The notes: generated by a model from the sequence alone, not told the origin. 64,000 nucleotides of DNA from Actinomycetes bacterium (GCA_021852345.1 JAJZNL010000036.1:1179-65178); one strand, 5' to 3'; shown: positions 1-10,007, counted from the stretch's first letter. Numbers and translations: made by a program.

Positions 1-362
1 CTCGATCTAAGATAGTCCCCATTAACAAAAAATATCCACTGGAGATGTTGATTGAATCCTTGACCGAATACCTGGAATCAAATCGGTCACGCAGACTTTC
101 GTTAGAATGGACTCTTATAAAGGATGTTAACGATACTCAAGATCAAGCTGTTAAATTAGCAAAGATTGCCAAAAAACTTAGGGCACACGTCAATTTAATC
201 TACTTAAATCCAACCGCTAAAATCGGCTACAATGCTTCACAGACTGACGCTGCGGTAAACTTTAAAAGTATCCTCGAGAACTTGAATATTAATGTTACAC
301 TAAGAAAAACTCGAGGCCAAAGCATTAATGCCGCTTGCGGACAACTCGCTTATATGAATTAA
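1..362 (+). CDS. rlmN: 23S rRNA (adenine2503-C2)-methyltransferase RlmN, C-terminal fragment (5' end lies outside window)
   Basis: The frame is open from the window edge (phase from nt 3: RSKIVPINKKYPLE then MLIESL...). The C-terminus has NLIYLNP ... VTLRKTRGQSINAACGQL, the typical end of radical-SAM RlmN/Cfr family proteins. Confidence 0.8.
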   Translation, partial: RSKIVPINKKYPLEMLIESLTEYLESNRSRRLSLEWTLIKDVNDTQDQAVKLAKIAKKLRAHVNLIYLNPTAKIGYNASQTDAAVNFKSILENLNINVTLRKTRGQSINAACGQLAYMN

Positions 363-428
363 GCTGCAGACACCGACGAAATTAATCTAATCCTTATGGT
401 TCTCAAATGATTGCCTAAATTAATAGAT

Positions 429-1706
429 TTATCCACATACAAGTCCGCTAGCAACTGAGGTATTGACACAACTACCTAAATTACCTTGAACGGTAACGGT
501 TTTAGAGTATTCGACTGAATTTGATGAATTATAAAAACTCAAGTCCCAAGTGTAACTCAAAGCGTTGTTGTAGGGGTAGCTGCCTGTAGACGAACTGGAG
601 TTAGAAGCGGGCAGGGGTACGGTCAATACAGCAAATCCGTTAACGATATTCATCGAGTCAGTACTGTTTTGTTGGTTAGAAATTGAGCCTGTCACTTCAG
701 TAATCCCTAAATTATTTGTTGGATTAACTTCCAACACTATTACTGCCGTCGGTGACCCTTCTGCGACCCCAAAAGTTGAAGCGACATAACTACATATGGG
801 TTGTTGCTGATTTAAAGTTGAATTCGAATTGCTACAGAATGGATAGTAATTTACCGTCGATACCGCATTCGAATTTGACAGCTCCAAAACATAATCGCTT
901 GTCATTGGAGAAACGATAACACCTGAATTTGACGTACCAGAGTTTCCAGTGTTTGGGTTGACCGTTCCGCCGCCGCCGACAACCGAGTTTGAACATCCTT
1001 TTATGGTCGTCGGCACATTAGCAGGAGCCGTTAAGCACACTTCACAGGTGCCACAGATACTGCTATTTTCTTCACGGTAAAGTCTCTCAGTGACCCCAAA
1101 TGAGTTGGTTCTTCTAAAGACATCATATAATTCATATGTACCTCGGTTACAGATACTAGCGACACCTTGTTGGTTCGTAGCTTGAGTGGAAGTAACACCA
1201 GAGTTAGCTGGTGGCGATACAGCCGAAGGGGATACAATCTTTGGAGACACTGTCCCAGTATTGCTCGTTGAACCGGTGCTGCCTACTGTTCCCGAATTGC
1301 CCGTTGGACTTGGAGGAATCGAACCTGATGGCTGCGGACAGTAAGGAACCATTTCGCGCGAAGCGCCTAAAGGACACTTAGAACTACATGCCGACATCGG
1401 CGATTGTGTTTTACAGGTCAAAGTCTGACATACATTGGCCGGAGGATGGCTATTTGCCGACGGCGTCAGAACAGACCCGTGTGAAGTATTTGAAGCGAGA
1501 CTTTGATTTTGGGCTACAACAAATCCTCCTGCACCAGCGCCCAACAAAGCAATTATGGCCGTAGCCACCAATAAAATCCTTACCTTAAAACCGACTGTTA
1601 CCATAGACCGATTTCTGTTTAACATGTCAGTAATTTTTGCGTCCGAGTTGACACCTTCAGCAACTGAATTAAGTTTGTCCGATAGGTTAAGTTCAAATTC
1701 ATCCAT
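429..1706 (-). CDS. Single-pass membrane protein with a Cys/Ser/Asn/Thr-rich ectodomain; candidate partner (anti-sigma-like) of the upstream ECF sigma factor
   Basis: 425-aa ORF. It has a ~45-aa N-terminal cytoplasmic segment, one hydrophobic helix (ILLVATAIIALLGAGAGGFVVA), then a long low-complexity region with many Cys residues. It starts 12 nt after the sigma gene stop on the same strand. No family was recognised. Confidence 0.6.
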   Translation of the reverse strand: MDEFELNLSDKLNSVAEGVNSDAKITDMLNRNRSMVTVGFKVRILLVATAIIALLGAGAGGFVVAQNQSLASNTSHGSVLTPSANSHPPANVCQTLTCKTQSPMSACSSKCPLGASREMVPYCPQPSGSIPPSPTGNSGTVGSTGSTSNTGTVSPKIVSPSAVSPPANSGVTSTQATNQQGVASICNRGTYELYDVFRRTNSFGVTERLYREENSSICGTCEVCLTAPANVPTTIKGCSNSVVGGGGTVNPNTGNSGTSNSGVIVSPMTSDYVLELSNSNAVSTVNYYPFCSNSNSTLNQQQPICSYVASTFGVAEGSPTAVIVLEVNPTNNLGITEVTGSISNQQNSTDSMNIVNGFAVLTVPLPASNSSSSTGSYPYNNALSYTWDLSFYNSSNSVEYSKTVTVQGNLGSCVNTSVASGLVCG

Positions 1707-1718
1707 AGTTTCTCCTTT

Positions 1719-2501
1719 TTAAAAATCAGCGGGATCGACATTTTCTTTAAGAATGTCAAGAGCTCTGGAAATAATTTTTGCAACCGATGTCGGTCTGCAT
1801 TTAATAATTTTTGATATGTCGGCATCGCTAAATCTCAAGTAGTACCTTAAAATCACAGCTGTCCTTTGTTTAACCGATAATTTGTCTAAATGTCCTAAAA
1901 AATCCGAAACGCTATCGTCGTCTCGTTCATTTTCCCTTACCGAATTTGCATAATTGACTAATTTCTTGTTGTCATACGCTTTCTTCCTCAATGCGGTTTT
2001 GCATTTATTTACTACAGTAACCCTTAAATAACCTCCGGGATTATCTAATCTGGCATATCTTGAATATAGCGCCAAGAAACTGTCTTGAACAATGTCTTCG
2101 GCGACATCCATATTATTCAGCATTAAAAATGCCAGTCTCTTAAACTGTAAAAAATTATCGGTATAAAACTTTGTGAACGGAGACTTTAACGCAATAGTCG
2201 GTAATCTCCCCTCAGGTTGACTAACTTCAGTTTCTTCTACTGACTGCTCTGTTACTGCGATATTTTCGTGTAGATGGGACTGTTTTTGAACGCTACTTTT
2301 ATCCCTGTTTTTTTCTCGATCATTTAAACCCATAGATATAGACCTCGCGGTGAAACTTGACACTTCTGTTTTCGGCGTCAATATCGCTGAATAACCTTTG
2401 AATTCCTCGTCTGAAATATCTGTAGTGAACTTAGAGTCCGTACCTAAATTGGATTCATCCTTACGAAAAATTGATTTGTATTCAAATTCTTTATCTCTCA
2501 C
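1719..2501 (-). CDS. ECF-type sigma-70 family RNA polymerase sigma factor with a ~100-aa N-terminal extension
   Basis: The C-terminal ~160 aa show a sigma region 2 (FLQFKRLAFLMLNNMDVAEDIVQDSFLALY) and a region 4 HTH (LSVKQRTAVILRYYLRFSDADISKII...VAKIISRAL). The N-terminal part is acidic/Ser-rich with no recognisable domain. The true start is uncertain. Confidence 0.8.
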   Translation of the reverse strand: MRDKEFEYKSIFRKDESNLGTDSKFTTDISDEEFKGYSAILTPKTEVSSFTARSISMGLNDREKNRDKSSVQKQSHLHENIAVTEQSVEETEVSQPEGRLPTIALKSPFTKFYTDNFLQFKRLAFLMLNNMDVAEDIVQDSFLALYSRYARLDNPGGYLRVTVVNKCKTALRKKAYDNKKLVNYANSVRENERDDDSVSDFLGHLDKLSVKQRTAVILRYYLRFSDADISKIIKCRPTSVAKIISRALDILKENVDPADF

Positions 2502-2584
2502 TGATTATAATAACCATTGATGGCCACATAATCTGACAACAAAGCCAAATTTTTTTATTAAATCTCTAACTTTATCCGAATTGA

Positions 2585-4609
2585 TTAATCCGATTCGATT
2601 AAGTTCTCAAAATCCCTTTCACTCATTATCGGAATATTTAGTTTTTCGGCGGCTTCAATTTTATTTGACCCAGGAGAGTTTCCCGCTATAACTGCGGTAG
2701 TTTTTTTTGACACTGTTCCTGTTGCCTTGCCACCCAAACTTCTGATAAGTTCTTCAGCTTGACTTCTGCTATAGCGATCTAAGGTACCCGTAACAACGTA
2801 TATTTTGTCAGTTAACTTAAGACTTTCAGTTGAAACAGGGTTCGGTTCGGCTAAATCACTGTAGGTTCCTATATTATGGGCCAACAGTCTATCGATTGTC
2901 GAAAGATTAGATTCAGACTGAAAAAATTTATGTATTGAATCTGCCGTAACAGGTCCCAATCCCTGAATGAGAACTAAAGTCTCTTTATCTACATCTTTTA
3001 GTTTTTCCAAAGATTTAAATTTATGGGCAACAAGTCGTGCCGCAACTGGTCCTACGTGTTGAATGGTTAGGGCTACAATAACCTTGTCCAAACTTCTGCT
3101 TTTAGATTCATCAATTGCATCCAATAAGTTTTTAGCTGATTTTTCGGCAAACCCAGGTAAAGTCAAAACTTGCTCGAAGCTAAGGTCGTAGATATCGGCA
3201 ACATTTTTAATTAATTTTCCGTCCCGCAAAAGCTTAATCCTTTGCTCGCTCAAACCCTCAATATCCATTGCAGGCTTTGAAGTAAAATTGATGATTCGTT
3301 GAAGAAGTTGTTCGGGACAGCCTGAATTTATACAGTAAGTATCTGCCATGTCTTCAAGTTTTATGAGCCGGTTACCGCAAGAAGGACAATTAGTCGGCGG
3401 AATCCACCGAGCAGATTCTTCGGCTCTTTTTCCAACAACCGGTTTAATCACCTCGGGTATAACATCTCCGGCCTTTTTTATGACGACTGTATCATTCACC
3501 CTTAAATCCTTAACAGCAACCTGTCCGAAATTATGTAAGGAGGCATAGGTAACTACTGATCCACCTACCCTGATCGGCTCAAGTACGGCAAAGGGCGTAA
3601 TTCTACCGGTCTTCCCAACTGAAACTTCTATGCCTTTAAGTATTGTTTGTCGTTCTTCGGGAGGAAATTTAAAAGCTATGGCCCACCTGGGCGCATGTGA
3701 AGTGGCTCCCATCGACTGGATCAAATCATATTCATTTACCTTAATCACTACACCGTCAGTATCATAGTCAAGGGTTTCACGGATAACCCCAAGTTCTCGC
3801 ACGGTGCCAACAACTCTGTTAACGTCATCTGTTTTATTGAAATGAGTTTCAACGTCAAATCCTCCCACCGAAAGCAGCTTTAACATTTCGAAATGTTCTT
3901 TTTCGGGCAACTCTTCGGTTGCAACAACTTGATAAGCAAAAAAACTGAGCGGTCTGTTAGCGGTAACTGACGCATCTTTTTGTCGCAGCGATCCCGCTGC
4001 AGCATTTCTTGGATTTGCAAACTCACTTAAATTTTGAGCTTTTCGCTCGTCATTTAGCCTATTGAAGTCAGTCCGCTTCATATATACCTCTCCGCGAATT
4101 TCTACATAGTCCAAGTCTGCAAGTTTGCCTTCAATCAACTTTGGAATTGATTTTATTGTAAGGACATTTGCAGTGACGTCTTCGCCAACGGTTCCGTTAC
4201 CCCTGGTTGCTGCTCGTATTAACTTAGAATTTTGATAAGCAACTGACAGCGCCAACCCGTCAATTTTAAGCTCGCAGGTAAAGCTTGGATTCCGACTTGC
4301 CAATTTTTGACTTCTTTGAATCCATAATTTCAGTTCTCCTTCATTAAACACGTTATCCAAACTAAGCATAGGCACCAGATGGGTGACTGGGGAAAAGGTA
4401 GCGTTCGACAAATAACCGACTTCATCTAAGATAGAGCTTTGCTTAAGTTCAGGATAGCTTTCTTCAAGGCCTTTCAGTTCCAGAACCAGATCGTCATAGT
4501 CGGCATCTGATATAAGCGGGGAATCATTCAAATAATAAAGCTTTCGATGCTCAATGATTTCGGCTCTCAAATTTTCGACTCTTTTTAAAACAGATTCTTC
4601 AACGGCCAT
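2585..4609 (-). CDS. ligA: NAD-dependent DNA ligase LigA
   Basis: 674 aa. It has the adenylation motif CELKIDGLA, an OB domain, a Cys4 zinc finger (CPSCGNRL ... CINSGCP), HhH repeats and a C-terminal BRCT (VVTGTL...). Confidence 0.97.
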   Translation of the reverse strand: MAVEESVLKRVENLRAEIIEHRKLYYLNDSPLISDADYDDLVLELKGLEESYPELKQSSILDEVGYLSNATFSPVTHLVPMLSLDNVFNEGELKLWIQRSQKLASRNPSFTCELKIDGLALSVAYQNSKLIRAATRGNGTVGEDVTANVLTIKSIPKLIEGKLADLDYVEIRGEVYMKRTDFNRLNDERKAQNLSEFANPRNAAAGSLRQKDASVTANRPLSFFAYQVVATEELPEKEHFEMLKLLSVGGFDVETHFNKTDDVNRVVGTVRELGVIRETLDYDTDGVVIKVNEYDLIQSMGATSHAPRWAIAFKFPPEERQTILKGIEVSVGKTGRITPFAVLEPIRVGGSVVTYASLHNFGQVAVKDLRVNDTVVIKKAGDVIPEVIKPVVGKRAEESARWIPPTNCPSCGNRLIKLEDMADTYCINSGCPEQLLQRIINFTSKPAMDIEGLSEQRIKLLRDGKLIKNVADIYDLSFEQVLTLPGFAEKSAKNLLDAIDESKSRSLDKVIVALTIQHVGPVAARLVAHKFKSLEKLKDVDKETLVLIQGLGPVTADSIHKFFQSESNLSTIDRLLAHNIGTYSDLAEPNPVSTESLKLTDKIYVVTGTLDRYSRSQAEELIRSLGGKATGTVSKKTTAVIAGNSPGSNKIEAAEKLNIPIMSERDFENLIESD

Positions 4610-4986
4610 ACAAAATCAATTATACTAATTTACTCTAGGATCTTTAACAGTCGCTTCAAAGTAGCACTTACAAAAAGGCAAATAGTCTAGAATGTCAAGC
4701 TAATATCTCCCATAGGTTGTTTTAATTTCATCTAAACGATTTTAGATAAGTAAATTTAAACATGACGAATTAAAACTAAATCAGCCGTGTGCTGTTTGTT
4801 AAAACCGAAGTGTTGGAATCTCAATCCGAAAACATGGCAGCAATGCCCAGGTCAACCAAAGTGAGTTTTCAAAATAATTCGTTGTAATTCATCGAGCCAA
4901 ATTTTTTGCACTACAACTTTAAATACTCTAAACTAATTACAAACTGGCAATGCCACCAAAAAAAGTAATCCAAAATATTTTAAAAC

Positions 4987-6438
4987 ATGTTCAAAAAAAG
5001 AAAAACTAATAGAAATTCAGGTGAGAATAGAAGTTCAGATTCCACTATAGATTCAAATGCGGAGCTAAGTTCTTATGGATACTTTACGAGAGAGCATTTC
5101 GAGAATAGGGACACTTTTAACAATGAAAATATGTTTGACAATAGCTACGAAAATAATTATGACTACTATAACAACAACGATATAACTATCCCCAATGCAA
5201 CCCAGCAATATTACCATTATGGTGACCGTGGTTATGGCCAGTCAGGATTTCCGACTGCAACAGATTATAAATTAAGTCACACTACTTCATTATTTTTGGC
5301 TATGACAATAGGTATCACAGTCCTCTTGACGATAGTCAGTCTCTCTTTCAGTGTTAGGCATAATTTAAATAATTCCGCAGTCACCTTCCCGACGCTTCCA
5401 AGCTCAAATTCACTATATCAACTGCCAAGCATACTCTACAAAACAGACAGTAACCAAAACTATTTAATTGACCCCAATTTAGCTGACCAAGTAACAACTA
5501 CGTTGTGGTCATTACAAGAAAAAGCATTCCAACAACACGATCAGCTAGCAATCGATCAATTAGTATCGTCTTTTACTCCGGCATACTATGTAAATGGTCC
5601 ACTCTCCGAATGTAGCAAATGCCCACTCGAGTGGCCGCCGAAGATTTTTGACGTAACCACAATAATGCCAGTTTTACAAAATTATCCTCTTTATTTTGCC
5701 GCTCAATTTAAAACTCAACTCTTTGACGGAAATTTTGAAAACAAAAGTGGAAATCAATATGCAAGCTGGATAATGGTGATTGGGAAAATTGACGCAACAC
5801 ATCCATGGACTATCGATTTTAATACTTACAATGATTCCAAAGACAAAATGGGAGTATATCCTTTTTCTCAAAACTCAACTTTTAATTCAGCCAATTCAAC
5901 TTACGCTGGTAACCGCACTTTTGCTGTCAACGTTGAGAACAAATATATGGATACAGCATCCAACACCCTGCTGGCGAAACTGGCAAATTACTGGCAAATT
6001 TTTAAAGCAACAGGTCAACCGCCCAAAGATACGAGCTTTTCAACCGCATCGGACAACTACTATTTTGGAAAATATATTGCAAATTATGGATTGAGTGGTC
6101 AAATCTCAATGGACAGCGAAAATAACACTAAGTACAGGACTAACTTCAAATACAGCGATATGTACCTTACCTATGGCATACCAAGCTATTTTTTTGTCCT
6201 AAACAAGAATGTCTATTTGTCGTGCGGAGCAATATTGGTTAGCGCCCAGATGACTCCGGTCGGATCGCAATATTTAACTCAAACATCCTCAAAATACTTT
6301 GCTTCTGACGTACCACCCGGACGCTATACGATGATAAGCGTTAACAGTACTCATTCCAGCTGCGTATTGTCAAATACAAACCGGTTGACATCTTACGGAA
6401 ACCTTAATGGTTCGATAGAATCAACGACAACTGGCTAA
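4987..6438 (+). CDS. Hypothetical single-pass membrane protein with an Asn/Tyr-rich N-terminus
   Basis: 483-aa ORF. It has an N/Y/D-rich ~95-aa N-terminus, one TM helix (LFLAMTIGITVLLTIVSLSF) and a ~370-aa ectodomain with no recognised family. Confidence 0.6.
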   Translation: MFKKRKTNRNSGENRSSDSTIDSNAELSSYGYFTREHFENRDTFNNENMFDNSYENNYDYYNNNDITIPNATQQYYHYGDRGYGQSGFPTATDYKLSHTTSLFLAMTIGITVLLTIVSLSFSVRHNLNNSAVTFPTLPSSNSLYQLPSILYKTDSNQNYLIDPNLADQVTTTLWSLQEKAFQQHDQLAIDQLVSSFTPAYYVNGPLSECSKCPLEWPPKIFDVTTIMPVLQNYPLYFAAQFKTQLFDGNFENKSGNQYASWIMVIGKIDATHPWTIDFNTYNDSKDKMGVYPFSQNSTFNSANSTYAGNRTFAVNVENKYMDTASNTLLAKLANYWQIFKATGQPPKDTSFSTASDNYYFGKYIANYGLSGQISMDSENNTKYRTNFKYSDMYLTYGIPSYFFVLNKNVYLSCGAILVSAQMTPVGSQYLTQTSSKYFASDVPPGRYTMISVNSTHSSCVLSNTNRLTSYGNLNGSIESTTTG

Positions 6439-6950
6439 TATCTACTCGGTCGAGCCTTACCATGTAATTGACTCAACTAGAAGTTGTGACTATAGGCCAT
6501 GCGTTTTAAAATTTTAAAGCTCTTCTGCTTCCCGCCATTGTATAATAATCCAGCATATTACAGCTACAACCACTAGATGGATTCAAGTAAATTTTATCCT
6601 ATGCCCTAAGCGGAACTTTGCTGCAATTAAATGGGTCGCAACCCTCAAGTTTAAACAATAATTTACATGAAGGACTTAAAATTTCCAAAGATGGTACCAG
6701 ACTGTCTAAATTGATGTTTATGCCATATTCAAAATCCAACTTCTCTAACGCAAATTCTTACAACTCTTGCATACTCAAATTCAAGATGTGCTGGACTTGA
6801 GATTTGAAATTATGTTATAAAAAGAATCAAAAATTAATTATCCCAATTCAAAATTTTTAATCTTAAGTGTTAAAATCTGGCCGTTAAAAAAGATTAATAA
6901 TAAGATGGTAACTTAGATTGCTGAATAAACCGAAACTTCTTGAGATCAAT

Positions 6951-7949
6951 TTAAGGTCTTGTCCTAGGTGAAAGGGTTCTAGAAGGATCAGATATAACTA
7001 CATCTTTTACCGCTTCGTCTATTTTTTTTACTATATCGTCGTTTAACTTAACATCCAAAGCTTTCACATTTTCGACAAGCTGAGCGGGTTTTGTAGCTCC
7101 CACAATAGCTCCAGAGATTCCTTCATGGTTAAGCACCCATGCCAATGACATTTGAGCCAGAGTCACGCCGCATTCTTGGGCAATAGGCTCCAATCTGGTT
7201 ACCGCTTCCAAAACTTCCTTTCTCAAAAAACCACTAAGAAAATTAGAGCCTGTTGGATCAGCGGCTCTGGAATCCTTTGGAGGCTCTTGACCGACCTTAT
7301 ATTTTCCGGTTAGTACTCCCTGCGCCAAAGGGGACCAGACAATTTGGCCGATTCCTTCGGCGATAGAAAACGGTAGCACCTCCTTTTCGATCACCCTCCA
7401 TAGTATGGAGTATTGTGGTTGATTGGACACAATCCTTGTTTTTAATTTAGAATCGGCAACAGCCAAAAAGCCTGCTATTTCCTCAACTCTCCATTCAGAA
7501 ACTCCCAGATACATAACTTTCCCCGTCCGTACCAGATAATCAAATGCATCTACCGTCTCTTCGATGGGAGTCTCATAGTCGTATCGGTGAGCTTGATATA
7601 AATCTAAATAATCGATATTTAACCTCTTAAGTGAGTTGTTACAAGACTCAATTATATGTTTTCTAGACAGTCCTCTGTCATTAGCACCGGGTCCCGTAGG
7701 CCAATATACCTTAGTAAAAATTTCAACATTCTCGCGGCGCACACCCCTTAGTGCATTACCCAAGACCTCTTCGGCTTTAGTCATCGCATACACGTCTGCT
7801 GTGTCAAAACTGGTAATTCCAAGCTCTAGAGCTTGTTTAACGCAACTGACAGCAACATCCTGCTCTATTTGAGAGCCGTGGGTTAACCAATTACCGTAAA
7901 TAATCTTTGATATCTTTAGACCGCTTGATCCGAGGTTGCCCGATTCCAA
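6951..7949 (-). CDS. Aldo/keto reductase (Kv-beta / YghZ-like subgroup)
   Basis: 332 aa. It has GLKISKIIYGNW..., FDTADVY, LDYLDLYQAHRYD and an AKR C-terminal signature; overall AKR fold pattern. Confidence 0.9.
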   Translation of the reverse strand: MESGNLGSSGLKISKIIYGNWLTHGSQIEQDVAVSCVKQALELGITSFDTADVYAMTKAEEVLGNALRGVRRENVEIFTKVYWPTGPGANDRGLSRKHIIESCNNSLKRLNIDYLDLYQAHRYDYETPIEETVDAFDYLVRTGKVMYLGVSEWRVEEIAGFLAVADSKLKTRIVSNQPQYSILWRVIEKEVLPFSIAEGIGQIVWSPLAQGVLTGKYKVGQEPPKDSRAADPTGSNFLSGFLRKEVLEAVTRLEPIAQECGVTLAQMSLAWVLNHEGISGAIVGATKPAQLVENVKALDVKLNDDIVKKIDEAVKDVVISDPSRTLSPRTRP

Positions 7950-8127
7950 TTTCAGCTCCTTTGAATGAATAGATTTCAGTCGACGAACCTGACTGATTTA
8001 GATATATTTTAGCTACCGAAAAATTATTTACACCAAAAGATAGATAAAACTGCAGTTAAGGTTTAATCAATCTATCAAGTATTCCACCCGGATTTAGAAT
8101 TCACGAATACATATAACCGATAAAACT

Positions 8128-9297
8128 TCAATGAACTTTTGCACTCAAAAGTTTATTTGAGATTTCGTATAACCCCACCGCAGTTGCCGATGCGGCATTA
8201 AGTGAGTTGGGATTGTTTAATTGCGGAATTTTTACTAGCGAGTCACAACGTTTTTTTGCCAGTTGAGAGATACCTTTTTCTTCTGAACCGACAATTAGAC
8301 AAGTTGGTTTATTGTCAACTTTAAAGTCTTTAATCGAAACTTTTGCCGATCCGTCCAAACCCACTGAGAGTACGTCCATTGTCTTTAGGCTTTGGATAGC
8401 ACTGGAGATCCCTCCCACTAATGCAAATCGCAAATATTCAATTGCGCCTGCCGCAACTTTTGTTACCGCAGGAGTTATCTTGACTGACCTATGTACGGGC
8501 AAAATCACTCCAACAGCTCCGAAGCAACTGGCATTTCTTAATATGGCTCCAATATTTTGTACATCCACAATTTCATCCAACATAACCAAAAGAGGAACCT
8601 TAGTTTCTGAGCCAATCTTTTGAGAGGCAATCGAAACCAGTTCTTCCATTGGATATACTTGCAACGGCTGACATTTTGCGACTATAGATTGTCGTGAATT
8701 CATTTCGCAAATATCATCTAAATAATATTGACTTACCGGATTCCATCTGACACCGCAACTTTCAGCAAACTTAATAACTTCCTTAACGGAAGCGTCTCTT
8801 TCGGAAGCTGCCACCAAAATCTCACTTACCCCACGGTGCTTTGTAGCCAAAAGTTCATACACCGCCCGCTTCCCAACAACTAAATCTCCGCCAATGTAAC
8901 TACCATCAATCTGGGGTCGACGATTTTTAAAGTTTTGTTTTGGCCTTGAATCGTTATATCTCCGGGGATACTCGCTGTGTCCGTCGGAGCCGTTTCGTCT
9001 CTTTCTTTCATCGCCATCGGTGTTTTTAAAGGAAAGTCGGCTCCGATTAACCGATGAAGTCCGTTTGGACAACCCTGATCCAGCAGGTTTACCGCTAGAG
9101 TTAAACTTACCCTCATACCGATCTCCCGAACCGCTTTTTTTAAAAGGTCGAGCTTCTCCGAAATTAGATTTTGATCCCGATCGGTATGGCTTATCAGCAC
9201 CAAAAGGTTTTTTGTTTTTTCCCGAGGCGGGACTCGACGAAAAGGAGCGATTATTACTTGAATTTGTAGAAGAAGATTTTTTATAATTTTTATTCAT
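8128..9297 (-). CDS. rlmB: TrmH/SpoU-family rRNA 2'-O-methyltransferase (RlmB-like) with a ~130-aa basic, Ser-rich N-terminal extension
   Basis: The C-terminal ~250 aa have the SpoU substrate-binding and methylase pattern (VVGKRAVYELL..., LDEIVDVQNIGAILRNA, LIVGSEEKGIS, IPQ...NSLNAASATAV). The N-terminus is K/R/S/G/N-rich. Confidence 0.85.
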   Translation of the reverse strand: MNKNYKKSSSTNSSNNRSFSSSPASGKNKKPFGADKPYRSGSKSNFGEARPFKKSGSGDRYEGKFNSSGKPAGSGLSKRTSSVNRSRLSFKNTDGDERKRRNGSDGHSEYPRRYNDSRPKQNFKNRRPQIDGSYIGGDLVVGKRAVYELLATKHRGVSEILVAASERDASVKEVIKFAESCGVRWNPVSQYYLDDICEMNSRQSIVAKCQPLQVYPMEELVSIASQKIGSETKVPLLVMLDEIVDVQNIGAILRNASCFGAVGVILPVHRSVKITPAVTKVAAGAIEYLRFALVGGISSAIQSLKTMDVLSVGLDGSAKVSIKDFKVDNKPTCLIVGSEEKGISQLAKKRCDSLVKIPQLNNPNSLNAASATAVGLYEISNKLLSAKVH

Positions 9298-9374
9298 AAT
9301 TTTTTTGCTTTTAATCCCAATTAAAACATTACAACTGCGGGCATAGAGGATAACTGATAGATATAATCTTAAGA

Positions 9375-10007
9375 TTAATCTCGAATCAAAGGACCGAATT
9401 TAGATTTGACGGCTTTTAAGACTTCCGCTTCAACTTTTTTGAGAGTAGACATTCCATCTATAACCGTCCAATACTCTGGATTTAAGGCGGCAATCTCGAG
9501 ATAACCCTGTCTGACCTTTTCATAAAATTCAATTGACTGACTTTCCAATCGATCTTTGTCTTTGGACCTCATGCCCTGCCTCTTTAAAGCTTCTGTTACC
9601 GGCAAGTCCAGCAATATGTTTAAATCAGGCGTAACGTTTCGACTCGAGAATGCAACCAATAGATTTAATGCGGTTATATCCAGGCCTCTCCCATATCCCT
9701 GATATGCAAGTGTTGAGCCGTTAAATCTGTCACATATAACCCAGTTGCCAGCCACCACATTTGGTGTAATTACTTGATCTACATGTATCGATCTGTCTGC
9801 CAGCATTAAAAGAGTCTCAGTAACTGCCGACATATTTTGTTTTTCTAAAACTAAACTTCTCAAAGTTTTCCCCATGTCGGTGGCACCTGGAGCAAATGTA
9901 AGGACTGCTTTTAATTTATTGGCCAAGAATCGTGCTTGAGTTGATTTGCCCGAGCCATCGATTCCCTCCAAAACTATAAATTTACCTACTTTATTTTGTG
10001 TCCCCAT
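9375..10007 (-). CDS. tmk: Thymidylate kinase
   Basis: 210 aa with a P-loop (FIVLEGIDGSGKSTQ), a DR(F/Y) motif (CDRFNGSTLAYQG) and a lid region. Confidence 0.93.
   Translation of the reverse strand: MGTQNKVGKFIVLEGIDGSGKSTQARFLANKLKAVLTFAPGATDMGKTLRSLVLEKQNMSAVTETLLMLADRSIHVDQVITPNVVAGNWVICDRFNGSTLAYQGYGRGLDITALNLLVAFSSRNVTPDLNILLDLPVTEALKRQGMRSKDKDRLESQSIEFYEKVRQGYLEIAALNPEYWTVIDGMSTLKKVEAEVLKAVKSKFGPLIRD

Noticed and set aside
6618-6800. A 60-aa TTG-start ORF lies in the convergent spacer.
   Set aside because: It has low-complexity N/S/K-rich composition, a non-ATG start and no Shine-Dalgarno or motif. The region is kept only as an unexplained gap in the findings.
8880-9286. Two ORFs (107 aa on the minus strand, 88 aa on the plus strand) overlap the 5' part of the rlmB-like gene.
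   Set aside because: They are alternative frames of the repetitive basic-extension region with no motifs. The main frame continues seamlessly into the SpoU domain.
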